A stretch of DNA of 64,000 nucleotides from Pseudobdellovibrionaceae bacterium (GTDB lineage Bacteria; Bdellovibrionota; Bdellovibrionia; Bdellovibrionales; Bdellovibrionaceae): positions 1 to 64,000 of the forward strand of contig JBDHWW010000017.1 in the NCBI GenBank assembly GCA_039810425.1. The letters run 5' to 3'. Both the position numbers and the translations under genes were made by a program. How positions within the stretch are numbered: position 1 is the stretch's first letter; each line of letters starts with the position of its first letter. Shown piece after piece: positions 7,748 through 15,253 of the stretch. The notes under the pieces are model-generated. The model had not been told where the DNA came from. It saw nothing but the letters and a program-made list of their open reading frames with translations, and did no database searches.

Positions 7748-7942
7748 TTATGCCCCCCGCTGTTGATACTTACGAGTGATAACGGCATCCAAGAATTTCT
7801 TAGAAAACATCATCACGGTTTTTTGATTCAGGAAAACCATGACGGTATTTCCTTTTTTCGAGAGACGAACTTTCATCGGTTCGATGATTGTCAGTGCGTC
7901 TTTGAATTGACCCTCTTGTGGTTGAGTCGCCTTTTTCTTCAT
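7748..7942 (-). CDS. Small basic hypothetical protein, 64 aa
   Basis: Start at MKKKATQ with GGAGG RBS; paralog of 798-992. Confidence 0.75.
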   Translation of the reverse strand: MKKKATQPQEGQFKDALTIIEPMKVRLSKKGNTVMVFLNQKTVMMFSKKFLDAVITRKYQQRGA

Positions 7943-8184
7943 AAAAACCTCCCTAGGTTTCGTTGTTGAGCCACTACGTTCACAAGTCCCTTGTGTAGTG
8001 GCGATATACAAACGCCCCATGATTCAGGAAAATAAAAAATCAAATGAACTCAGGCGGACAAAACCATGCCGAGTAATCTTGGCCATGAGTTTTCGTAGAG
8101 CCGTAAGAACGACGCTTTTCAGGAAGGCTGGGGGCATTTGAGGAGGTTTTTTAGAAAAAATGAGCTCAATTCCATTTAAGTTGG

Positions 8185-9234
8185 ATGGAAAAGAAAAAGA
8201 CAAAATCAAGAATGGAGATGACTCACGTTGATTGGATTACCGTCTATGGAATGGGAAGCGAAAAACGTGGTGCTGAACTTCTAAAAATTCTGCGGGATAA
8301 AATCGGAGTAAAGCCAAACGAAAAGACCTACGCTGGCTTTGGAGGTGGTTGGTTTTTTGAACAATTCATTGACCGAGGATTTAGGCTTTCAACGAATGAC
8401 GAAGGCTCTGCCAAAGTTGAACTCCAAGGACTTTACTGGACGGGGGCTGTGGCAAATCCCTTTGAAGAGTTTTTGAAAACGGTGGGAAAGATTAGAACGA
8501 TTGAGCACATGAATTGGAAGCTCACTCGTGTGGACGTGGCGACTGATATCTTTGGATTCGGTTTAGCCGAAGCATTTCCAAATCCAAAATCCAAGCGGTA
8601 TAAATGGGGCTTTGCCTTTAACTATCACGAACACCAAACCAAGACCCGAACAGGTGAATTGCTTTTCACAGGGTTCACTATTCAAAAGCAAAGGTGGAGC
8701 CTTACCGTTTACGACAAACGGGTTGAAATCACTGAGGGGAACCCGCACCCGATTAAGCAGTCTTATTTTGAAACGTTGGCTGAAAAAGATGAACCGATTA
8801 CGAGGGTGGAGCTAAGGGTCAAGAGTGCGGAAGCCCTTGTCGCCGTTCAGGGAGCCCTTACAGGCGTCTGTAAGGAGTCAGAGTTCTGCGGGGCCATCCT
8901 TAAACAGTGGGGCGATTACCACCGTATAAAGACAAAGGGCGACCATGACGAGGCCCGTTTTCTACGACTATTCAGGAAGATAGAATCCACGACCTTTGAA
9001 CGGGTCAAAAAAGAAAAGATCGAGCGTCTTTATGATGATTTTAAGGAAATAAAAATCAGGGACATGGCCCGTGATTTTATCAGATACGGCATTCACGAAA
9101 ATCAAACCGCCGACGATGTGGCTCGTATTTTCCAAGAGCAAATGGATTGGCTCAAAGAAAATGGGGAATTGACCAAGGCAAATGAACCGCCCCCGAGCCA
9201 GAAGCCGAAGGGCGACCGTTCAGGGAGTCCATAG
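8185..9234 (+). CDS. Rolling-circle replication initiator/relaxase, Rep_trans (pT181/MOBT-like) superfamily
   Basis: Motifs LTRVDVATD, SLTVYDKRVE (putative catalytic Tyr) and ITRVELRVK. Confidence 0.8.
   Translation: MEKKKTKSRMEMTHVDWITVYGMGSEKRGAELLKILRDKIGVKPNEKTYAGFGGGWFFEQFIDRGFRLSTNDEGSAKVELQGLYWTGAVANPFEEFLKTVGKIRTIEHMNWKLTRVDVATDIFGFGLAEAFPNPKSKRYKWGFAFNYHEHQTKTRTGELLFTGFTIQKQRWSLTVYDKRVEITEGNPHPIKQSYFETLAEKDEPITRVELRVKSAEALVAVQGALTGVCKESEFCGAILKQWGDYHRIKTKGDHDEARFLRLFRKIESTTFERVKKEKIERLYDDFKEIKIRDMARDFIRYGIHENQTADDVARIFQEQMDWLKENGELTKANEPPPSQKPKGDRSGSP
8857..8874. repeat. Element palindrome variant CTTACAGGCGTCTGTAAG inside rep
   Basis: 1 mismatch; same position in rep as 1907-1925. 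Confidence 0.85.
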
Positions 9235-9294
9235 GCTGATGGCGACGGTCGCACCTGTTCTATCAGGTGCGAGTGCCGAAGGCACTTGGGCATC
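9203..9294. other. Conserved hairpin cluster at the end of rep; candidate double-strand origin
   Basis: Perfect stem TCGCACCTG-TTCTAT-CAGGTGCGA (9249-9272) plus AGTGCC-GAA-GGCACT. Confidence 0.5.
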
Positions 9295-9381
9295 TTTTTT
9301 TAGAGAAACCTCCATTCCATTTACTTTTTTAAGAACCCACATGATGTGAGTTCAAAAAAATAAAATGCCAAGGAGGCAGTT

Positions 9382-9672
9382 ATGAAAATGTTCATGTTAG
9401 TTGAGGTGATTCTCTCTAAAAAATCAGTGAATCCAGAAACAGGTAAAGTTGTTTACCAGTCCTTTTTTAACAACGCTAAAAAAGTGTTGGGTGAAGATGG
9501 GAAAGAGGGATTTTTGCCAGATACGGGCAAGGTAAAATTCGACCAACCGCTCGCAAAAGGTTGGCACTTACTGATGGTGAAGATTTCCACCTATCAGGGG
9601 CAAGTGTTCTACACGGGTTTAAAAGAAATCAAAGACCCAAAAATCATTCAAGCATTGAGCGAGGGGGAATAA
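9382..9672 (+). CDS. 96-aa putative ssDNA-binding protein
   Basis: Paralog of 2446-2736; AAGGAGG RBS. Confidence 0.6.
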   Translation: MKMFMLVEVILSKKSVNPETGKVVYQSFFNNAKKVLGEDGKEGFLPDTGKVKFDQPLAKGWHLLMVKISTYQGQVFYTGLKEIKDPKIIQALSEGE

Positions 9673-10074
9673 ATGAAACGCTTACGCCCAATGTTCAAAA
9701 AGTTGGAAGGGATTTTCTTAAAGGAAATTCCTGTCGATGACGTTCACGAAATCAAATATATGACCGAGTATCAGGTGAACTATTATGAGTCCGTCGTGAT
9801 TCACCGACGTTGGCCCCTCTCAGTCAGGGAAGCCCTTGATTGTGTGGACTTCGTGATTCTGCACGAGCGAGACCCACGCTGTTATGAATACTGGCACCGC
9901 ATGGCAGCCATATTCAAAGGTGCGATGGATTACTTGAAAGCTAATACTGGAATTTGGGAGGACCCGATTTTTGGTCAAGGAATGTATGAGATGAAAGAAA
10001 TAAAACCCCGCTATGAATTCAAGCAGCGAGTCCTGCGAGGCCATGCCGAGCGATTAGGATTTGTAGTCGTTTAA
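9673..10074 (+). CDS. Conserved element protein, 133 aa
   Basis: Paralog of 2737-3138. Confidence 0.75.
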   Translation: MKRLRPMFKKLEGIFLKEIPVDDVHEIKYMTEYQVNYYESVVIHRRWPLSVREALDCVDFVILHERDPRCYEYWHRMAAIFKGAMDYLKANTGIWEDPIFGQGMYEMKEIKPRYEFKQRVLRGHAERLGFVVV

Positions 10075-10148
10075 CTTTATCAGCCGAGGTTTGAAGCCAA
10101 TAGCCCGTTGACTATCTTATGATATTCACGGGCTTTGGTGTTTAGAAC

Positions 10149-10403
10149 TTAGTCTGTCCCAACCCTCACAGGAATATCGAGAGCTTTACAGATATAGAAA
10201 AGGACCGGCAAGCTTGGATACCGTTGCTGCTGTTCGATAAATTGAATTGTCATTACCGCCAAATCCAGACTTTCAGCCAGTTGCTCCTGAGTCAGCCCCA
10301 TCTCTTTTCTTCGGGACTGAATGACGACCGAGATATTTTTTAACTGAGCTTCCACGGCTTTTCTGTACTTTGGTGGAACTTTTTCTAATCTTGTTCCCAC
10401 CAA
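10149..10403 (-). CDS. XRE-family HTH regulator
   Basis: RRKEMGLTQEQLAESLDL....IQFIEQ..RYPSL. Confidence 0.9.
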   Translation of the reverse strand: MVGTRLEKVPPKYRKAVEAQLKNISVVIQSRRKEMGLTQEQLAESLDLAVMTIQFIEQQQRYPSLPVLFYICKALDIPVRVGTD

Positions 10404-10419
10404 GACATTATCGAAATTC

Positions 10420-10450
10420 CTTACTTATAGTAACACCTACTCTAAGTAAG
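10420..10450. promoter_or_regulatory. Inverted-repeat operator candidate between the divergent XRE and peptidase genes
   Basis: CTTACTTATAGT-N7-ACTCTAAGTAAG (11 of 12 complementary). Confidence 0.5.
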
Positions 10451-10515
10451 CATTTAGGTCTGGTCATGGATGTATTTAATTGCTGTGGCTAGATTTTTAT
10501 AAGAACATCTATAGT

Positions 10516-12429
10516 ATGGCATATAGAAAAATTATCATTTTATCGACTCTGATTTTATTTGCTCCATTATCGGGAAATTCACAAGGTAAGTCGTGTCTCG
10601 CTTGCGGATTCAATATGTCGACCGAATCGGCGAAAGCGGGACAAGCCAATCCTTGTGATGATTTGTTCGGGGCTTCTTGTGTAGGGACCGATGGTAAATC
10701 CAAGTATAGCGGGGCGTCTAAGAACCTGACCGCTGAATTGTCCAAGCCCATTAGAAAAGCTCGCAATAAGACTGTCCAGGCGATGGGATACAAGGACATT
10801 GACGATGCTGTGAAAGCAAAGTTGAAAGAAGCAGGAATTATTGTAAAGGAACCGCCTGACCAGGATACTTGGAAAAATCTTATCGGTGAAGGCGATGGGT
10901 CTTGGACAAGTGGTGTTGGTTCTAAGCTTTATGCATCCGCAGACCAGTGCGACAAAGATGTTAAAGAGCTTCAAGTAATACAATATTACAGTATGACTGA
11001 CGCATCGGCTTTGAACGAGGTGGCTACAAAATATGAGTCCTTCATTTCCAGATACCGAGAACAGTCAGTAAAATTTTACGCCAAAGATATTCCTAACTTC
11101 GTTAGTAATCATATTGGTCAAAAATGCAGTCAGCTAAAATCAAACTCATCAAATTATAAGCCGGAAGAAAATCAAGAAATCGTAAAAGCTTGCGAAAATT
11201 CAGGGGTTTTGAAAAGAAAAGGAGTTGAGCTTTTTAGGGCTGAGGGAACGGCAGATTATGAGAGATTGGCTGAGCAGTTTGTAAGGGAGAACCTCCTCCC
11301 AGAATTGAAATATAGCTACCAAACGTCGTCTTCGCCAACAACGCCACCCCCTGAAAAGTCAGATGCGGACAAAGCCAGAGAGCGAATCCAGAGATTAAGC
11401 AGTTCCGTCAGCAATTATTGCGATAACTATTCGTCAACGATTGAAAATGCGGGTAAAAAAGTTGTTGAGGATTTTATGAAGACCGTTTCAAAATCCAAAA
11501 CGACGGTGGATGCCGTAATTGATTCTGTTTACAGCGAGGAAAAAGAAAAGCTCGCAAACGAAATATTCCAAACCGCTCGCTCCGATATTCAGGACCTTAC
11601 TAAGTCCTTTGTTAAAGACCCGAAAAAAAGAGGCGAAATTCTTGATGGCTATGATGGCCTGAAACTTTTTTGGATGAAAAAGCCGGACGACACGGCTTAC
11701 ATAAAAGATAAAAATGGAACACTTGTTCTAGATGAAAGCAAAGCTGTGGTGAATCCAGCAGACCAAACGAGTTCGATATTTTTTGACCCGAATCTATCTT
11801 TTTTCAAGACGATGAACGCATTCTATACCCCGTCTGCTTCATACGGGAAAATGAAGACCGATGAGCAAGTGAATATGATGCCTGCTTTTGTATCGATGCT
11901 GGATAAAAACCCTTATGCCTATATGGCGGTTGTCGCTCATGAAGCCGGTCATAAAATCGGTCCGATGGTCAGCAATATCAATGGATACGATTTATCATCT
12001 GAATATAGGGAGTTGCTGGCCTGTTACAAGGACAATAGGTCCATCAAGTTGGAGGATAATCAAGGAGACGAAACGATGTCTGATTATTTTTCCTCGGAGG
12101 TATTAGCTCGCCAAATTCAAAAGCTTCCTGAGGAGAAGAGGAAACAAGCGGTGATGTCTGCAATGCAGGGATACTGCATGTTTGATGAGTCACAAGAACA
12201 TTCTTTTTCTTGCAAGGGAAATCATCCAGAAAACTCTCTGCGGGTAAGTGGTATCTTTGGGTCAAATCCCAGTATTCGAAAAATTTTGGGATGCTCCAAG
12301 GACTCCCCAAAATTCAGAACTTGTGGTTTGAAGACGTCAATTCTTGATTTGGCAGAAGAATCAAAGACCACCGTCGGAACTTCTAGCGACCGAGCAAACG
12401 ATACGAAAGCGACACGAGGTGTTCGATGA
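10516..12429 (+). CDS. Secreted zinc metallopeptidase, M13 (neprilysin)-like C-terminal domain
   Basis: Signal peptide; NAFY, AHEAGH (HExxH), DETMSD and HPENSLRV motifs in M13 order. Confidence 0.7.
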   Translation: MAYRKIIILSTLILFAPLSGNSQGKSCLACGFNMSTESAKAGQANPCDDLFGASCVGTDGKSKYSGASKNLTAELSKPIRKARNKTVQAMGYKDIDDAVKAKLKEAGIIVKEPPDQDTWKNLIGEGDGSWTSGVGSKLYASADQCDKDVKELQVIQYYSMTDASALNEVATKYESFISRYREQSVKFYAKDIPNFVSNHIGQKCSQLKSNSSNYKPEENQEIVKACENSGVLKRKGVELFRAEGTADYERLAEQFVRENLLPELKYSYQTSSSPTTPPPEKSDADKARERIQRLSSSVSNYCDNYSSTIENAGKKVVEDFMKTVSKSKTTVDAVIDSVYSEEKEKLANEIFQTARSDIQDLTKSFVKDPKKRGEILDGYDGLKLFWMKKPDDTAYIKDKNGTLVLDESKAVVNPADQTSSIFFDPNLSFFKTMNAFYTPSASYGKMKTDEQVNMMPAFVSMLDKNPYAYMAVVAHEAGHKIGPMVSNINGYDLSSEYRELLACYKDNRSIKLEDNQGDETMSDYFSSEVLARQIQKLPEEKRKQAVMSAMQGYCMFDESQEHSFSCKGNHPENSLRVSGIFGSNPSIRKILGCSKDSPKFRTCGLKTSILDLAEESKTTVGTSSDRANDTKATRGVR

Positions 12430-12833
12430 GAATGGCAATATTCTTTGCAGTCATAATATGTTCCTTCGGAGCTTTTGCTAAAACCAAGCAGACAGCTATT
12501 TTAGAGGTGAGTTTTGAAAGAGCAAAAAAATCTCATGTATATAAGATCGTGAAATCTGCTTCTAAGAAATCCGAATACAACTTGTTATTTACTGATGAAA
12601 AAAGAAAAACGAAATCTCACAGACTATCGCAAAGGCAAGCAGAGCAGATAAAGAACGAGGCAACCAGAATCATCTGGGAAAATCAGTATAGAAAACCAGC
12701 CTCAACCGATAGTTGTCGTGAATATATGACCATTAAAACTGACTTAGAAAAATCAAAAATCTGCTATGAGAATAGAGCTTCTGTTGGCAGGGCTTTCGGT
12801 TTTATTAATTCATTGGACAAGACTATAAATTGA
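12426..12833 (+). CDS. Secreted hypothetical protein, 135 aa
   Basis: Signal peptide ending AFA; ATGA overlap with the peptidase gene. Confidence 0.7.
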   Translation: MRMAIFFAVIICSFGAFAKTKQTAILEVSFERAKKSHVYKIVKSASKKSEYNLLFTDEKRKTKSHRLSQRQAEQIKNEATRIIWENQYRKPASTDSCREYMTIKTDLEKSKICYENRASVGRAFGFINSLDKTIN

Positions 12834-12847
12834 AATTTGGAAAATCC

Positions 12848-12865
12848 CTTACAGACGTCTGTAAG
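12848..12865. repeat. Element palindrome (26-bp perfect, 12844-12869)
   Basis: ATCCCTTACAGACGTCTGTAAGGGAT just beyond the HEPN stop. Confidence 0.95.
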
Positions 12866-12874
12866 GGATAGCGA

Positions 12875-13285
12875 TTATTCTCGGGTATTGGCCTTAGCCC
12901 AATCAGCAACTTTTTGAGCGGTAGATAAAGAGGTTTCAATCTCCTCGGTCGTCAGAGGGATTTGACCTTCTTCGTAGCGACGAACCGTCGCAAAAGGATT
13001 CAACTCAGTCAATCCAAAGCCCTCTGGAGGCATCTTGTCGTCAGGCAAGAGAGCCACCAAAATTCCCAAATCATGAACGACGGGAAAGCCAATCTGCAAG
13101 TGAACAAGCACGGCCTTGATGTATTTCTCGACAGACTGTTGAGCCAAAAAAATAATGTTCTCGGGTCGGCCAGACTTCGCTTTGGAAAGGGCTACCGCAG
13201 AATCTAAATCTCCCGCTGCAATTTTCAAAAGCTCTTTGGAATATTCTTTTTTGTAGAGACGTTTTTTTAGATTCGGAGGTGTCAT
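12875..13285 (-). CDS. HEPN domain protein
   Basis: FLAQQSVEKYIKA, HDLGIL, RRY; paralog of 4471-4881. Confidence 0.85.
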   Translation of the reverse strand: MTPPNLKKRLYKKEYSKELLKIAAGDLDSAVALSKAKSGRPENIIFLAQQSVEKYIKAVLVHLQIGFPVVHDLGILVALLPDDKMPPEGFGLTELNPFATVRRYEEGQIPLTTEEIETSLSTAQKVADWAKANTRE

Positions 13286-13629
13286 CGCAGTTTCTTCCCG
13301 TGATGAAAGGCATCAAAGCATGCACCGCCAAAATCTTTTCGCTCATCAAAAGATTTTTTAGTTTTGAAAATCCAGTCAATCGCAATATCGGCAAAGCGAG
13401 GGGCGTAAACTTCTTTTTGCAGTTGTTTAACGGATGCTTCATCTTTCACAACGATGACAAAATCCAAATCAGAGTCATCAGTGAAAACGCCTTCCACTGC
13501 GGAACCAAAAAGATAAGCTTCTAAAATTAAATCTTGTGAAGGAATGGCGTTCAGAACTTCCACGGCTTTTTGTTGAGCCCACTGGTTCATTGCTGGATTT
13601 GGAATCATTTTTAGCAAGCCCACTGTCAT
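13282..13629 (-). CDS. Minimal nucleotidyltransferase (MNT)
   Basis: YLFGSAVEGVFTDDSDLDFVIV. Confidence 0.9.
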   Translation of the reverse strand: MTVGLLKMIPNPAMNQWAQQKAVEVLNAIPSQDLILEAYLFGSAVEGVFTDDSDLDFVIVVKDEASVKQLQKEVYAPRFADIAIDWIFKTKKSFDERKDFGGACFDAFHHGKKLR

Positions 13630-13639
13630 CCCTTCTTCC

Positions 13640-13657
13640 CTTACAGACGTCTGTAAG
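13640..13657. repeat. Element palindrome (26-bp perfect, 13636-13661)
   Basis: TTCCCTTACAGACGTCTGTAAGGGAA, 3 nt beyond the tRNA CCA end. Confidence 0.95.
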
Positions 13658-13664
13658 GGAAAAC

Positions 13665-13741
13665 TGGTGACTCCACCAAGAATCGAACTTGGAACCCCTA
13701 CCTTAGAAGGGTAGTGCTCTATCCAATTGAGCTATGGAGCC
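13665..13741 (-). tRNA. tRNA-Arg(TCT), complete, element-borne
   Basis: GGCTCCA-TA-GCTC(AATTGGATA)GAGC-A-CTACC(CTTCTAA)GGTAG-GGGTT-CCAAG(TTCGATT)CTTGG-TGGAGTC-A-CCA folds into a full cloverleaf. Confidence 0.97.
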
Positions 13742-13754
13742 ACATCTGCCAAAA

Positions 13755-13783
13755 ATTATAATGAATTCTTATCTTTATAGCAA
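13755..13783 (-). promoter_or_regulatory. Sigma70-type promoter of the element tRNA
   Basis: TTGCTA-17 bp-TATAAT on the minus strand. Confidence 0.7.
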
Positions 13784-13841
13784 GGAAGAGGGCTTCCAAA
13801 GTAAGCCAAAAGCATCCTCGTGTCATCCATTTTTTTGAAAA

Positions 13842-15056
13842 TTAATCTCCGAGGTCTGCCAATTCCGTAGAAAACTGCCTGTCGTCTTGGTCATATTTCA
13901 TCGTCATCTGATGCGTCGTGTGACCAGCCGCCCGTTGAACGTCTTTCCAGTGGTGCTTGCGGTGGGCGTCAGTGATGAACGTCCGTCTGAAATCGTGGGA
14001 AGAGTGCCCGAATTTTCCAAGGATTTTGTTTACCCGTTTATTAAGGGTGCTTGGGTGTAATGGGACAATTTTTTGAATCAGCTCCCAAGCCTCTTTTGCG
14101 TCCATATTCCAATAAGGAACTTTGCGGACATTGGTTTTCACTTTGCGGGTGAGGATTTTTCCGTCTTTCACTCCGGCCCCTTGCTCGTCCACCAAAAGAC
14201 TTTCTTTCAACAGTTTCAATCGGGAAAAACCGAGCGATTCGTTTATCCGCAGGCCAAAGGCGTAGCAAAGCTTGATGTTCGGGAGCAGACTTGCGTCTTC
14301 TTCCTCCACCGCTTTTAGTATTTTTTTGTAAGTGGCATCAGGGACATATTTCGATTCGTCGCCTTCGCCCTTTTTCTTTTTGAGGTAATTGATTTCACTG
14401 AACTTGGCTCGACCGATGGGCTCCAATTTTCGAGGAGCCGGCATTTCGGGATAGACTTTTTGGGTGAGAAATCTGAGGAAACGATTCGTCGTGGAAACAA
14501 TTCTTTTCAAAAGAGCGACAGATAAATCTTGGTCCAAAAGCCACTCGCCCCAGTCATCTTCTCTGAGGTGCCACTTGCTCGGGTCAGCTAAATCATTTTT
14601 GATAATGAAAAACTCAAAGACATATTTTTGCAGAATGGTTACGGGATAGCTTGCCGAACCCTTTGTGGTGGTTTGTTTTTTGAGATGTTTCTCAAAAGCA
14701 GAGAGTGATGTGATGTTGATAAACGCATGGTGGAAGTTGTAGCGTTCTTCGGCCAGTTTTTTCTCAGTGGCAAATGAGGCATTAAGACGTCGGAGAAGAC
14801 CACCGAGTTCCGTCTCGTTCATGTCTTTGTAATGTTTGGCGGGATAACGGTTCCACGTTATTTTGCCGTTCACTTTGCGATAACGCTTGATGCAGTTTCG
14901 CTCAATACCGCTTCTGTTTTTCTCACGGACGAGATACCACTTTGACCACTCAGTGGTCGTCTCTTGAATGTTGGTTGCGAGTTTCAATTCTCCCACCTTT
15001 TCATTGTGTAGCCACGGCGGAAAAACGGTGAGACCAGTTGGATATTCACTATCCAA
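13842..15056 (-). CDS. Tyrosine recombinase/integrase
   Basis: Catalytic set GLRINE (R), HDFRRT (HxxR), AGH and KYD (Y); lies next to the att core. Confidence 0.9.
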   Translation of the reverse strand: MDSEYPTGLTVFPPWLHNEKVGELKLATNIQETTTEWSKWYLVREKNRSGIERNCIKRYRKVNGKITWNRYPAKHYKDMNETELGGLLRRLNASFATEKKLAEERYNFHHAFINITSLSAFEKHLKKQTTTKGSASYPVTILQKYVFEFFIIKNDLADPSKWHLREDDWGEWLLDQDLSVALLKRIVSTTNRFLRFLTQKVYPEMPAPRKLEPIGRAKFSEINYLKKKKGEGDESKYVPDATYKKILKAVEEEDASLLPNIKLCYAFGLRINESLGFSRLKLLKESLLVDEQGAGVKDGKILTRKVKTNVRKVPYWNMDAKEAWELIQKIVPLHPSTLNKRVNKILGKFGHSSHDFRRTFITDAHRKHHWKDVQRAAGHTTHQMTMKYDQDDRQFSTELADLGD

Positions 15057-15142
15057 CTTTGGACCTAAGTTTTATCCAGCACAAAAGGCTAACAGATTGA
15101 TTTTTCGGTGGAATTAGACTTTGAACTTGCTAACTTTTGGGA

Positions 15143-15182
15143 CTTAGAAGGCAATTGCTCTATCCAGCTGAGCTACAGCACC
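15143..15182 (-). pseudogene. 5' half of a different tRNA-Arg(TCT), presumed original host gene, truncated at the anticodon loop (att junction)
   Basis: GGTGCTG-TA-GCTC(AGCTGGATA)GAGC-A-ATTGC-CTTCTAA-G, then non-tRNA sequence; the expected GCAAT and T-arm are absent. Confidence 0.88.
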
Positions 15183-15202
15183 ATGGTATGAATAGCCCAT
15201 TG

Positions 15203-15231
15203 GTTTTAAGAATTGGGACGCTCTAAGTCAA
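15203..15231 (-). promoter_or_regulatory. Sigma70-type promoter of the disrupted host tRNA
   Basis: TTGACT-17 bp-TAAAAC. Confidence 0.55.
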
Positions 15232-15253
15232 GGGGAAAACCCGGTGTCGCGGG

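Larger units (their letters stand above)
5300..15151. mobile_element. Integrative rolling-circle element unit 2 (~9.85 kb) bounded by direct CTTAGAAGG cores
   Basis: Cores at 5300-5308 and 15143-15151; contains tyrosine integrase, own tRNA-Arg, MNT-HEPN, cargo and intact Rep_trans rep. Joining the ends gives GGGAC-TTAGAAG-GTCTC, an imperfect inverted repeat around 7 bp. Confidence 0.8.

Noticed and set aside
392..10074. Complete filamentous (inovirus) prophage
   Set aside because: Rep and a putative SSB fit, but no Zot/pI ATPase or run of co-oriented small coat genes is visible; the TM gene is on the opposite strand.
3208..13661. Palindrome copies as a CRISPR array
   Set aside because: Spacing is 0.8-3.9 kb and irregular, there are no 30-40 nt spacers, and I see no cas genes.
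13842..15056. Integron integrase (IntI) with classical attC cassettes
   Set aside because: I cannot recognise the IntI-specific insertion, the palindromes lack RYYYAAC/GTTRRRY ends, and the gene sits at a tRNA att core like an ordinary element integrase.
15056..15142. ACTTTG-like short repeats near the att core (also at 5411) as integrase arm sites
   Set aside because: They are too short and degenerate to distinguish from chance in AT-rich sequence without homolog alignments.
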